From Thermoproteota archaeon (GTDB lineage Archaea; Korarchaeota; Korarchaeia; Korarchaeales; Korarchaeaceae): DNA of 12,630 bases. The stretch spans positions 1 to 12,630 of the forward strand of contig JAVCBY010000077.1 in the NCBI GenBank assembly GCA_037917625.1, written 5' to 3'. Each line of letters opens with the position of its first letter. The first letter of the stretch is position 1. This document shows positions 1 through 6,890 of this stretch, piece after piece. The notes under the pieces were generated by a model. It saw only the letters and a list, made by a program, of their open reading frames with translations. It did no database searches and was not told where the DNA came from. Both the position numbers and the translations under genes were made by a program.

Positions 1-48
1 GGCTAATAATATCATTACTAAGAGAGTTGAAGCAATAGCGAAGACCAT
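1..48 (-). CDS. 5' fragment of a gene running off the window; hydrophobic N-terminus (signal peptide or membrane anchor)
   Basis: Minus-strand ATG at 48-46 preceded by GGAGGGGG (SD-like). Reads MVFAIASTLLVMILLA without a stop to the window edge. Confidence 0.6.
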   Translation of the reverse strand, partial: MVFAIASTLLVMILLA

Positions 49-160
49 CTCCCCCTCCGTTCAGGATAGCGTGTTCAATCCGCCGGCAGCACCTTCTTAA
101 GCATACTTTTAAAATTTTTGACATAATTTTCCGAAGATCGTATTGATAAAGCATGTTGAA

Positions 161-177
161 CGAAATGCTTTTAATTT
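161..177 (+). promoter_or_regulatory. Putative BRE/TATA promoter for the 204..473 ORF (probably leaderless)
   Basis: CGAAATGC followed by TTTTAATTT, about 27-34 nt upstream of ATG 204, with no SD before the ATG. Confidence 0.45.
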
Positions 178-203
178 AGCTCGCCCGTAATACTTAGATA
201 ACC

Positions 204-473
204 ATGCTGGATCGCCCGAGCTTCGAGCACGTATATAATGCCATAATGTCTGAGCTCAGGGGGTTCGTTCAAGGCTCTGAATGTAATATGGATCTTATAA
301 GGGATCTGATATCAAAGTTACCACCTGAAGCGCTCGATCAACTCATCGCTCAGCTCGACGAGAACTTGAGGTCGTGGCTCGAGATGGGATTGATCTCGGA
401 GGATAGATTGAGGAGAGGATTGGATAAACTGGAGGAGATAAGGAAGTTATATCCAACTTCTATTAAAAAATAA
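204..473 (+). CDS. Hypothetical 89-aa helical protein
   Basis: Clean ORF filling the intergenic space, host-like codons (AGG/ATA/GAG), upstream TATA. No recognisable motif. Confidence 0.7.
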   Translation: MLDRPSFEHVYNAIMSELRGFVQGSECNMDLIRDLISKLPPEALDQLIAQLDENLRSWLEMGLISEDRLRRGLDKLEEIRKLYPTSIKK

Positions 474-554
474 TTCAAAAAATTCGAAATTCTATGAAAG
501 AATATCCATTATGGAGAGGTCCTGCTCTCATCACTTATTTATTTCTGGTGCATC

Positions 555-2192
555 ATGAAATGCCCCGTGGACTTCAAGCTCATACTCGTAACTGGTGGTG
601 TGATAAGCGGGCTCGGTAAAGGCGTAGTAGCTGCATCAATAGGGAAAATAGTCCAATCTAGGGGCTTATCTGTCTCAATGATAAAGATAGATCCCTATTT
701 GAACCCGGATCCTGGGACCTTGAATCCTATAGAGCATGGAGAGGTATTCATAACCGAGGATGTCTGGAACTTCAGTCCGGGAGGTGTCGAGTTCAAGATA
801 GCCGAAATAGATGAAGATTTTGGCCATTATGAGAGGTTCCTCGATATAAATATGCACCCCTCCAATAATATAACGAGCGGCCAAGTGATGCTGAGCGTGA
901 TACTGGGGGAGAGGAGGGGACACTATCTCGGGCAGACGATAAGGTTGATCCCTCACGTCACTAACGAGATCAAAAGTAGGATATACGGAGTGGCTGAAAG
1001 AGAGAGACCTGATTTATTGATCGTAGAACTCGGTGGAACTGTGGGAGATTACGAAGCTATGGCTTTCGTCGAGGCCCTCAGGCAACTCAGATTGGAGCTA
1101 GGTAGCGGGAATTCCCTACATGTGCATGTCACATACGTGCCTTTCGTTGAGACAGTAGGAGAATTCAAGACGAAGCCAGCTCAACTTTTCTTCAGGGAGA
1201 TCTTAGCGGCAGGCCTACCACCGGATATAGTTATCGCTAGGACTTCATCACCTCTACCGGAAAATGTGAAGAAGAAGCTAGCCCTCTATGCTAGCGTTCC
1301 TTTAAATGCTGTTTTCGACGATCCGAACTTGAGTGTCACTTATGAGCTACCTATATACCTGGAGAATCAAGGATTTGGTAAGATACTCTCCGAGAAGCTC
1401 CACATAGATGGCAGCTCTGATCTGAGCGAGTGGGAGGAGATAGTGAGGAAGTTCAAGGTAGGTATCAGGAAAAAGATAGCGATGGTCGGGAAATATTGGA
1501 GGATGGCAGATGTCTACATCTCTATATTAGAGGCAATTAAGCACGCTGGAGCCTCTCTAGGGGTCCTCCCTGAGATAATTCCCGTGGACTCCGAGAGTAT
1601 AGAGAGGGGTGATGAGCTGGAGAGAATGGAAGGTGCTGATGGGATAATCTTAACACCTGGCTTCGGATCAAGGGGGACCGAGGGGATGATATACGCTGCC
1701 TCTTGGGCGCTCAAAAATGGGAAGCCCTTCTTGGGCATATGCTTCGGCGCTCAACTAGCTACTGTAGCTTTCGCTAGGGAGGTGATGGGTTGGAAGGGCG
1801 CTAATTCTACTGAGATAGATGCGAGCACTCCATGGCCCGTAGTCGATCTTCTTCCGGAGCAGAAGGCAATTAAGGAGGTAGGGGGGACGATGAGGCTCGG
1901 AGGACATGAGGTCATATTGCTGGAAGGGAAATTGAGGGCTGCCTACGGGAGGGATAGGATAGTGGAGAGGTTCAGGCATAGGTACCACATAATAAGGGAG
2001 TACGCTGAGAGGATGGAAGGAGCGGGTTATAGAGTGACAGCCGTTGATCCCTCTGGGGAGATAATAAATGCCTTCGAAGTTGAAGGGCACCCATATTTCG
2101 TCGGGGTTCAGTTCCATCCGGAGTTCAAATCTAGGCCCGGGAGGCCCAGCCCTACGTATGTCTCATTCATGGAAATCGTTAAAGGGATCTGA
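555..2192 (+). CDS. pyrG: CTP synthase (divergent form)
   Basis: P-loop TGGVISGLGKG, KIDPYLN, HGEVF, GHYERF, ELGGTVGD and KTKP motifs. Class I glutamine amidotransferase triad GICFG (Cys codon 1740) and QFHPE (2115-2123), plus RHRY. Confidence 0.95.
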   Translation: MKCPVDFKLILVTGGVISGLGKGVVAASIGKIVQSRGLSVSMIKIDPYLNPDPGTLNPIEHGEVFITEDVWNFSPGGVEFKIAEIDEDFGHYERFLDINMHPSNNITSGQVMLSVILGERRGHYLGQTIRLIPHVTNEIKSRIYGVAERERPDLLIVELGGTVGDYEAMAFVEALRQLRLELGSGNSLHVHVTYVPFVETVGEFKTKPAQLFFREILAAGLPPDIVIARTSSPLPENVKKKLALYASVPLNAVFDDPNLSVTYELPIYLENQGFGKILSEKLHIDGSSDLSEWEEIVRKFKVGIRKKIAMVGKYWRMADVYISILEAIKHAGASLGVLPEIIPVDSESIERGDELERMEGADGIILTPGFGSRGTEGMIYAASWALKNGKPFLGICFGAQLATVAFAREVMGWKGANSTEIDASTPWPVVDLLPEQKAIKEVGGTMRLGGHEVILLEGKLRAAYGRDRIVERFRHRYHIIREYAERMEGAGYRVTAVDPSGEIINAFEVEGHPYFVGVQFHPEFKSRPGRPSPTYVSFMEIVKGI

Positions 2193-3306
2193 AGACGGAC
2201 TTAGCTACTTTGACAACTTCCTCAACTTCCTCTTCCGTCATGCAGTGATAGAGGGGCAGATATAATATTTCTTTGCAGAGGGCTTTTGCATTTGGTGTAT
2301 TTCCAGAGATCTCGAAATCTTCAAATAGTATGCTGAGGAAGTTGTAATATCTATCTTTTAATTTTGAGATCACAGGTTGTTCTTGTAGGGGCATCGGATA
2401 AGCTGCCCTGGCCATAACGCCCTCCTCAGCCAAGAGCTTCAATGCTTTATCCCTCTTCCCTCTCACCCTCACTGGGTAGAGGTGCCAGACGGGATCGGCC
2501 CATTCAGCGACATATGGCGTTTCGACTAAACCTGATAGTTCATCCGTGTAAATTGAAGCTATCTCCTTTCTTCTCTTATTGAATTCATCTAATCTTTCAA
2601 GTTGAACTAATCCTATTGCAGCGTTTATCTCCGTCATCCTGTAATTGAATCCTATGAAGTGGTGCTCATACTTTGAGATCTGCCCCTGATCCCTAATGGC
2701 TCTCGCCCTCGAGTATATCTCCTCATCGTTCGTCGTTATCATACCTCCTTCTCCCGTCGTCATGTTCTTAGTTGGATAGAAGCTGAAGGCCCCCACCTCA
2801 CCTATAGCCCCAACTTTCCGGCCCTTGTAGAGGGCTCCATGTGCTTGAGCGCAATCTTCCAAAATTAGGATCTCCCTTTCCCCCAAAGCGTCTCTAATAG
2901 CATCTAAATCAGCGGGATGCCCATGTATATGGACAGGTACTACTGCCTTAGTCCTATATGAGATCTTCCTCTTTAAATCGCTCGGATCCATCGTGCCTGT
3001 CCTCGGATCGACATCAACGAAGACGGGCCTAGCTCCCGAGAGTATCACGGTCGATGCTGTCGCGAAGAACGTGTAACTGGGGACTATGACTTCATCCCCC
3101 GGTCCGATGCCCATCGCAATGAGCGCTACATGTAATGCAGCTGTACCGTTGGAAACAGCGATAGCATACTTACTCCCCACATAGGAGGAGAAGGATCTCT
3201 CGAACCTCTCAACGAGCTCTCCTTGAGCGAGTTTTCCGGATCTCAAAACCTCAGATACGCTTGAGATCTCCCTCTCACCTATGCACGGTTTTGATATCGG
3301 TATCAA
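2179..3306 (-). CDS. DegT/DnrJ/EryC1/StrS family PLP-dependent nucleotide-sugar aminotransferase
   Basis: SNGTAALH, GPGDEVIVP, EDCAQAHG, FSFYPTKNMTTGEGG (PLP lysine) and GFNYRM motifs. TTG start with upstream GGGGA. Confidence 0.93.
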   Translation of the reverse strand: MIPISKPCIGEREISSVSEVLRSGKLAQGELVERFERSFSSYVGSKYAIAVSNGTAALHVALIAMGIGPGDEVIVPSYTFFATASTVILSGARPVFVDVDPRTGTMDPSDLKRKISYRTKAVVPVHIHGHPADLDAIRDALGEREILILEDCAQAHGALYKGRKVGAIGEVGAFSFYPTKNMTTGEGGMITTNDEEIYSRARAIRDQGQISKYEHHFIGFNYRMTEINAAIGLVQLERLDEFNKRRKEIASIYTDELSGLVETPYVAEWADPVWHLYPVRVRGKRDKALKLLAEEGVMARAAYPMPLQEQPVISKLKDRYYNFLSILFEDFEISGNTPNAKALCKEILYLPLYHCMTEEEVEEVVKVAKSVFRSL

Positions 3307-3485
3307 AGCGATCCCCTAGAGTTACCATTCAAGTTTAGATAAATGTGCTATGACAAGAGTCGAATTCCCCTCATAGCCCATTGGGGGGCATTGTCGATAT
3401 TAAAGACTCATTGCCCCTCTCCTGATAGATAAAGTTATTTGTGTTGAAGGGATCTCAGGGAGTGATTTTGATACATACCTAAGAA

Positions 3486-4112
3486 TTATATCAAGATAGG
3501 CAGGCTCAAGAGGTAAGATGCTGCTGAAGTGACGATGGGTACTGAGATATTGTCCTCGATACCATAGAGCTCAGATATAGAAGAAATAGCTGCTAATATC
3601 AATGATTCAATCAATCTTCCGGTTACGAGAATCAAAATTATATAGAAGGATGAGAAGCCGGAAATTGTCCCTTCGACTGTTTTATTGCTGAACGGGATGC
3701 CTCTCCTCCCAAAATTCATCCCGAAAATTGCGGAAATTCCATCAACGAATATCAAGGCTAAAACGCCGTAGATCATGAAGGGCCCGAATACGAAGTATGA
3801 GGATGCCCCTCCGACGAGACCTGACATCATACCCAGCCATCCGCTCCTCCTCTCGTAATCCCTCTCGACCATTCTTATCAATCTCTCGAAGGATTCCACC
3901 ATAACTTCCAAGTGCCTAACTTGAGGGATCTGCATACTAGCTTTGAGCCATTCGGGGAGGCCCTTAACCTGAGTTGAGTAGATTATCCCTCCTAGGGCTA
4001 AAGCTACTCCGTAAATCACCCCAGGCTCTACGTAATCCTTCAAAAATAGAGGGATAGCCAGGAGGAGTGAGAAGATCATATGGATAAGCTTCCTTATGGT
4101 CTCCCCAATCAT
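3486..4112 (-). CDS. Dolichol/phytol kinase-like (CTP_transf_1 / Sec59-like) membrane protein, copy 2
   Basis: RKLIH, VDGISAIFG, KTVEG and EDNISVP motifs with multiple hydrophobic helices. ATGA overlap with the upstream gene. Confidence 0.8.
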   Translation of the reverse strand: MIGETIRKLIHMIFSLLLAIPLFLKDYVEPGVIYGVALALGGIIYSTQVKGLPEWLKASMQIPQVRHLEVMVESFERLIRMVERDYERRSGWLGMMSGLVGGASSYFVFGPFMIYGVLALIFVDGISAIFGMNFGRRGIPFSNKTVEGTISGFSSFYIILILVTGRLIESLILAAISSISELYGIEDNISVPIVTSAASYLLSLPILI

Positions 4113-4810
4113 CCAATCCCCCGAGAGAGTAAGAGCATCACTAGGGCTGATATAAGGGGCACTGTTATATTATCATCTACACCTTTCAATTTCTCAATTG
4201 CCGTAGCAATTAAAGAAGCGATTATCCCAGAGAGACCCTTATAATACCATCCTATAGGTAAGCAAACTAGAAGCATCGCTATACTTCCAGCGAGACCCTT
4301 ACTCCACCTTCCGTAAACCTTATTCCTCACTATGCCAGTGACCCCATCACCTACGGCCATGAAAAGCGCTGAGGCTATGCCAGCGTTCAGATCCAAGTAC
4401 CAGAATCCACATACGACGAGTGTCCAAGTCAGGCAGAACCAAACTTCGCCCCAGTTTCCCTCCACCTGGAACCAATCGAATTTCTTCCCCTCAAGTCTAG
4501 GGATGAACGTAAGTGCGAACATCCCCAATCCTCCGATTAAAGGTATGGCTGGTGAATTGAAGATGTAAGGAGCTAAGAATGCTGCGACACCTCCAGTGAG
4601 TATATGTATTATCTTCCTTGCGACATAGAAGTTCTGCCATCTCTCCACCCTCTTGGCCACGAAGAAGATGACTAAGAGTATCCATGCAACTAAGATGGCT
4701 AACCAGAGAAACTCATTAAGTCCGGGCCTGAAGTAAAAGTATGTATACAGTGAGATTATCGCGATAGAAGTCAGGATTATTAAACTGACGACTTTCCCTC
4801 TCATCTTCAT
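4109..4810 (-). CDS. Dolichol/phytol kinase-like (CTP_transf_1 / Sec59-like) membrane protein, copy 1
   Basis: RKIIH, GDGVTGIVRN, SKGLAG and DDNITVP motifs; polytopic hydrophobic pattern. Confidence 0.8.
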   Translation of the reverse strand: MKMRGKVVSLIILTSIAIISLYTYFYFRPGLNEFLWLAILVAWILLVIFFVAKRVERWQNFYVARKIIHILTGGVAAFLAPYIFNSPAIPLIGGLGMFALTFIPRLEGKKFDWFQVEGNWGEVWFCLTWTLVVCGFWYLDLNAGIASALFMAVGDGVTGIVRNKVYGRWSKGLAGSIAMLLVCLPIGWYYKGLSGIIASLIATAIEKLKGVDDNITVPLISALVMLLLSRGIG

Positions 4811-5021
4811 GAAGCGGACGAGCCTAAATAAAAAATATATGCAACATCCGCCGAGAAAAAATTAATTATTAACTGAATATTAAGAATAAAAATTTCTGAA
4901 TGGATACTGAATCATAATTTTAAGTAGTTTTAAGAAATTTTGAGGGAAAGTAGTATCTAGTCGAGTCACTTCTAAGAGTTTCCCCGGTAGGCTTATAGGC
5001 TTGAATTATTTCTAAGTCAAG

Positions 5022-5372
5022 ATGATCGATCTACTAAACTTACTGAGTGAGATGAGGCTAGGCAGGGAGCCTGATGATAGGGAGACTATGGAGGCCTTAA
5101 AACAACTTCGTGAGAGGTTCCATGAGATATCTCATATAATACTCTCGGAGGAGAATAAGATACCTCTCAGGAGGATTATAATTAGAGGAATTCTCATTGC
5201 AGATGAAGATCTCTTCTTAGCATGTGAGGAGCATGATTCTCTGAGGAAGGAAGCTTATCAGGCCGTCAGATCTATGAGTGTTGAGGAGCTCGAGAGAGCA
5301 TCTGTGGAGATAATAGCTAAGAACTTGGAGAGGACATTGCTAGGCGGTTTCATATTGAGAAGGATACATTGA
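5022..5372 (+). CDS. Hypothetical 116-aa protein
   Basis: Clean ORF with host-like codon usage downstream of an AT-rich intergenic region. No family recognised. Confidence 0.7.
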   Translation: MIDLLNLLSEMRLGREPDDRETMEALKQLRERFHEISHIILSEENKIPLRRIIIRGILIADEDLFLACEEHDSLRKEAYQAVRSMSVEELERASVEIIAKNLERTLLGGFILRRIH

Positions 5373-5373
5373 A

Positions 5374-5489
5374 TCGGGGCGGGGGGACTCGAACCCCCGG
5401 CCTGCCGGTTTCTGTGGGAGCTGCCGCTGACGGAGCGTCAAAAGACGCCCACTACAGCCGGCCGCTCTACCAGGCTGAGCTACGCCCCG
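5374..5489 (-). tRNA. tRNA-Tyr(GTA) with a 42-nt intron at 37/38 (intron 5410-5451); CCA not encoded
   Basis: Acceptor CGGGGCG/CGCCCCG (C1:G72, A73, the archaeal Tyr identity set), D arm GCTC/GAGC, anticodon stem GCCGG/CCGGC with GTA at 5455-5453, T arm GGGGG-TTCGAGT-CCCCC. Mature length 74 nt. Canonical bulge-helix-bulge: CTGT/ACAG central helix with bulges AG|T and AA|A. Confidence 0.97.
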
Positions 5490-5512
5490 CCACCCATAAC
5501 CCCCATAAGTAA

Positions 5513-5520
5513 TATATTAA
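5513..5520 (-). promoter_or_regulatory. TATA box for tRNA-Tyr
   Basis: TTAATATA on the minus strand, 24-31 nt upstream of the mature 5' end. Confidence 0.55.
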
Positions 5521-5544
5521 CGTTACTGCCTCCCTATCGCGAAC

Positions 5545-6063
5545 TCAAACCCCTCGTACCTCGAAGGGTATTCCCATGTACTCGGAAACTCTCTTGAATA
5601 CCTCGAAGTCCCGCTCGTTCCTAGTTACTAATAGGACCTCCTCGATAGGGGATGCCCTTACCTCCTCTAGTATTATCCTAACTGATTCTTCCACCGGAAC
5701 TCCCCCAACTCCAGCTCCCATCGCTGGAAATGCTATACTCTTAATCCCAAGCTCCTCCCCTTTCTTCAAAGATGCTTTGACAGCTGCCCTTATGTACTCA
5801 GGGCTGCTAGATCCCCCTGGGCTCTCTACGGTAGGTGCATGAATCACGTATTTCGCTTTTAACTTCCCAGCCGAGGTCTCTATAGCCTCACCTATTTTTA
5901 GGGGAGCCTTTCTCATGGCCTCCCTCTCTATTTCCTCCCCTCCCTTTCTCCTTATAGCACCAGCAACGCCCCCTCCCATTATCAAGAATACGTTAGCTGG
6001 GTTGACGATAGCATCGGACTCGACTTCCGTTATATCCCCCAGCACGAGGATCAGTCTTGGCAT
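5545..6063 (-). CDS. Macrodomain (ADP-ribose-binding / Appr-1-p processing family) protein
   Basis: GDIT, DAIVNPAN, GGGVAGAI, YVIHAPT and SIAFPAMGAGVGG motifs. ATG 6063 (MPRL, preceded by GTGGGGA) is preferred over 6081. Confidence 0.92.
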   Translation of the reverse strand: MPRLILVLGDITEVESDAIVNPANVFLIMGGGVAGAIRRKGGEEIEREAMRKAPLKIGEAIETSAGKLKAKYVIHAPTVESPGGSSSPEYIRAAVKASLKKGEELGIKSIAFPAMGAGVGGVPVEESVRIILEEVRASPIEEVLLVTRNERDFEVFKRVSEYMGIPFEVRGV

Positions 6064-6092
6064 AATATCCCCACATCTCATGGGGTGGGATT

Positions 6093-6386
6093 TTATAATC
6101 TTGTATCATCAGGCCTGAGCATCCTCGGCACGCCACCCTCTATCCTGTATTCAGCCCCGCAGCTCCTACAATAGAGCTTTCCGCTCATAACCTCGAGCTC
6201 CATGCATTTAATACAGTTATCTGGGTCCTCAGGTTGAGAACTAATGAAAGCACACCATCTCTCGCATAAAGGTCTCTCAGGTGTGACAGGAAGTCCGCCC
6301 TCTCTTATCTCGTTCTCTACTATTAATTCAAGGGGAAAGCTCAAACATGAGGGGCATGCGAGTAGATCCAGGAGTCTCCTCTTCAA
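6093..6386 (-). CDS. Trm112-like methyltransferase activator with an additional Cys-rich insert
   Basis: KRRLLDLLACPSC...GKLYCRSCGAEYRIEGGVPRML matches the Trm112 pattern. In-frame TTG at 6386 preceded by GGTGA is the likely start. Confidence 0.85.
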   Translation of the reverse strand: MKRRLLDLLACPSCLSFPLELIVENEIREGGLPVTPERPLCERWCAFISSQPEDPDNCIKCMELEVMSGKLYCRSCGAEYRIEGGVPRMLRPDDTRL

Positions 6387-6426
6387 GCAATCACCCGGAA
6401 CCCCCCAACCCAAAGGAGTTATATAT

Positions 6427-6493
6427 TATTGATCTTGGGGAATCGAAGCCTCTCAGCTCTCGCTCCATCACTAAAGCCCCTAAGGCAGAGATC
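6427..6493 (-). ncRNA. Candidate K-turn-capped H/ACA-like guide sRNA
   Basis: Lower stem GAUCU/AGAUC, internal pocket, upper stem GGGGCUUU/GAGGCUUC, K-turn AGU-GAUG...CUGA, and an AUA box 15 nt after the upper stem. Confidence 0.5.
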
Positions 6494-6632
6494 GTTCTAA
6501 AGCGAAATTCACTCAGAAGTAGAATATTTAGCTTAAATACCATGTGATAGTTTTTTAGTTGATTCTAGCAGCTCCCCTTGTGCATGAGAAAACCTAAATA
6601 TTTTTTTTAGTTTATATTGAGTGGGCAGTGGC

Positions 6633-6890
6633 ATGCACGGAGATCATAAATTTGAGATTCAAATAATCAGGCAGAATAGGGCTGTGAGAGTCGAAAAGGA
6701 ATACAAAGAAAGGATGAAGGAGCTTTATGGGGATAAAATAATCTCTAAATTCTCCAAGGATTCTGTAGAATGTCCTATTTTCGGGAAGACTGTGAGCTTC
6801 TTGATATGTATGGGGTGCCCTAATTACGTCAGGAGATTCAAGGGGGTGGTTCACTGTAAGGGGGAGCCTATAGCCCCTGAGAGATCATAA
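6633..6890 (+). CDS. Small Cys-rich hypothetical protein (C-x11-C-x2-C-x12-C), probable metal binder
   Basis: ATG 6633 (alternative GTG 6621) downstream of TTTATA at 6611-6616; four clustered cysteines. Confidence 0.75.
   Translation: MHGDHKFEIQIIRQNRAVRVEKEYKERMKELYGDKIISKFSKDSVECPIFGKTVSFLICMGCPNYVRRFKGVVHCKGEPIAPERS

Noticed and set aside
30-60. GGAGATGG on the minus strand, resembling the start of a fluoride riboswitch
   Set aside because: No matching pseudoknot or GCTGATG 3' half. It is better explained as SD plus ATG of the truncated gene.
484-535. Possible box C/D sRNA on the minus strand upstream of pyrG (GTGATGA followed by a GAGAG/CTCTC hairpin)
   Set aside because: A perfect C box is present, but there is no CTGA D or D' box at suitable spacing.
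675-2265. Alternative ORFs 675..956, 1514..1738, 1755..2117 and 2068..2265
   Set aside because: Antisense or out-of-frame shadows of pyrG and the aminotransferase, with no motifs.
3385-3417. SECIS-like or K-turn reading of the AUGA-containing hairpin
   Set aside because: The opposing strand has AA instead of GA, and no flanking gene shows an in-frame UGA.
5022-5489. tRNA-Tyr as an integration site with the adjacent orphan ORF as cargo
   Set aside because: No duplicated tRNA fragment (att), integrase or compositional shift in the window.
4332-6854. Alternative ORFs 4332..4568, 4497..4685, 5576..5842, 5915..6118, 6244..6432, 6347..6547 and 6612..6854
   Set aside because: They overlap better-supported genes or the candidate sRNA, and their compositions are typical of shadow ORFs.
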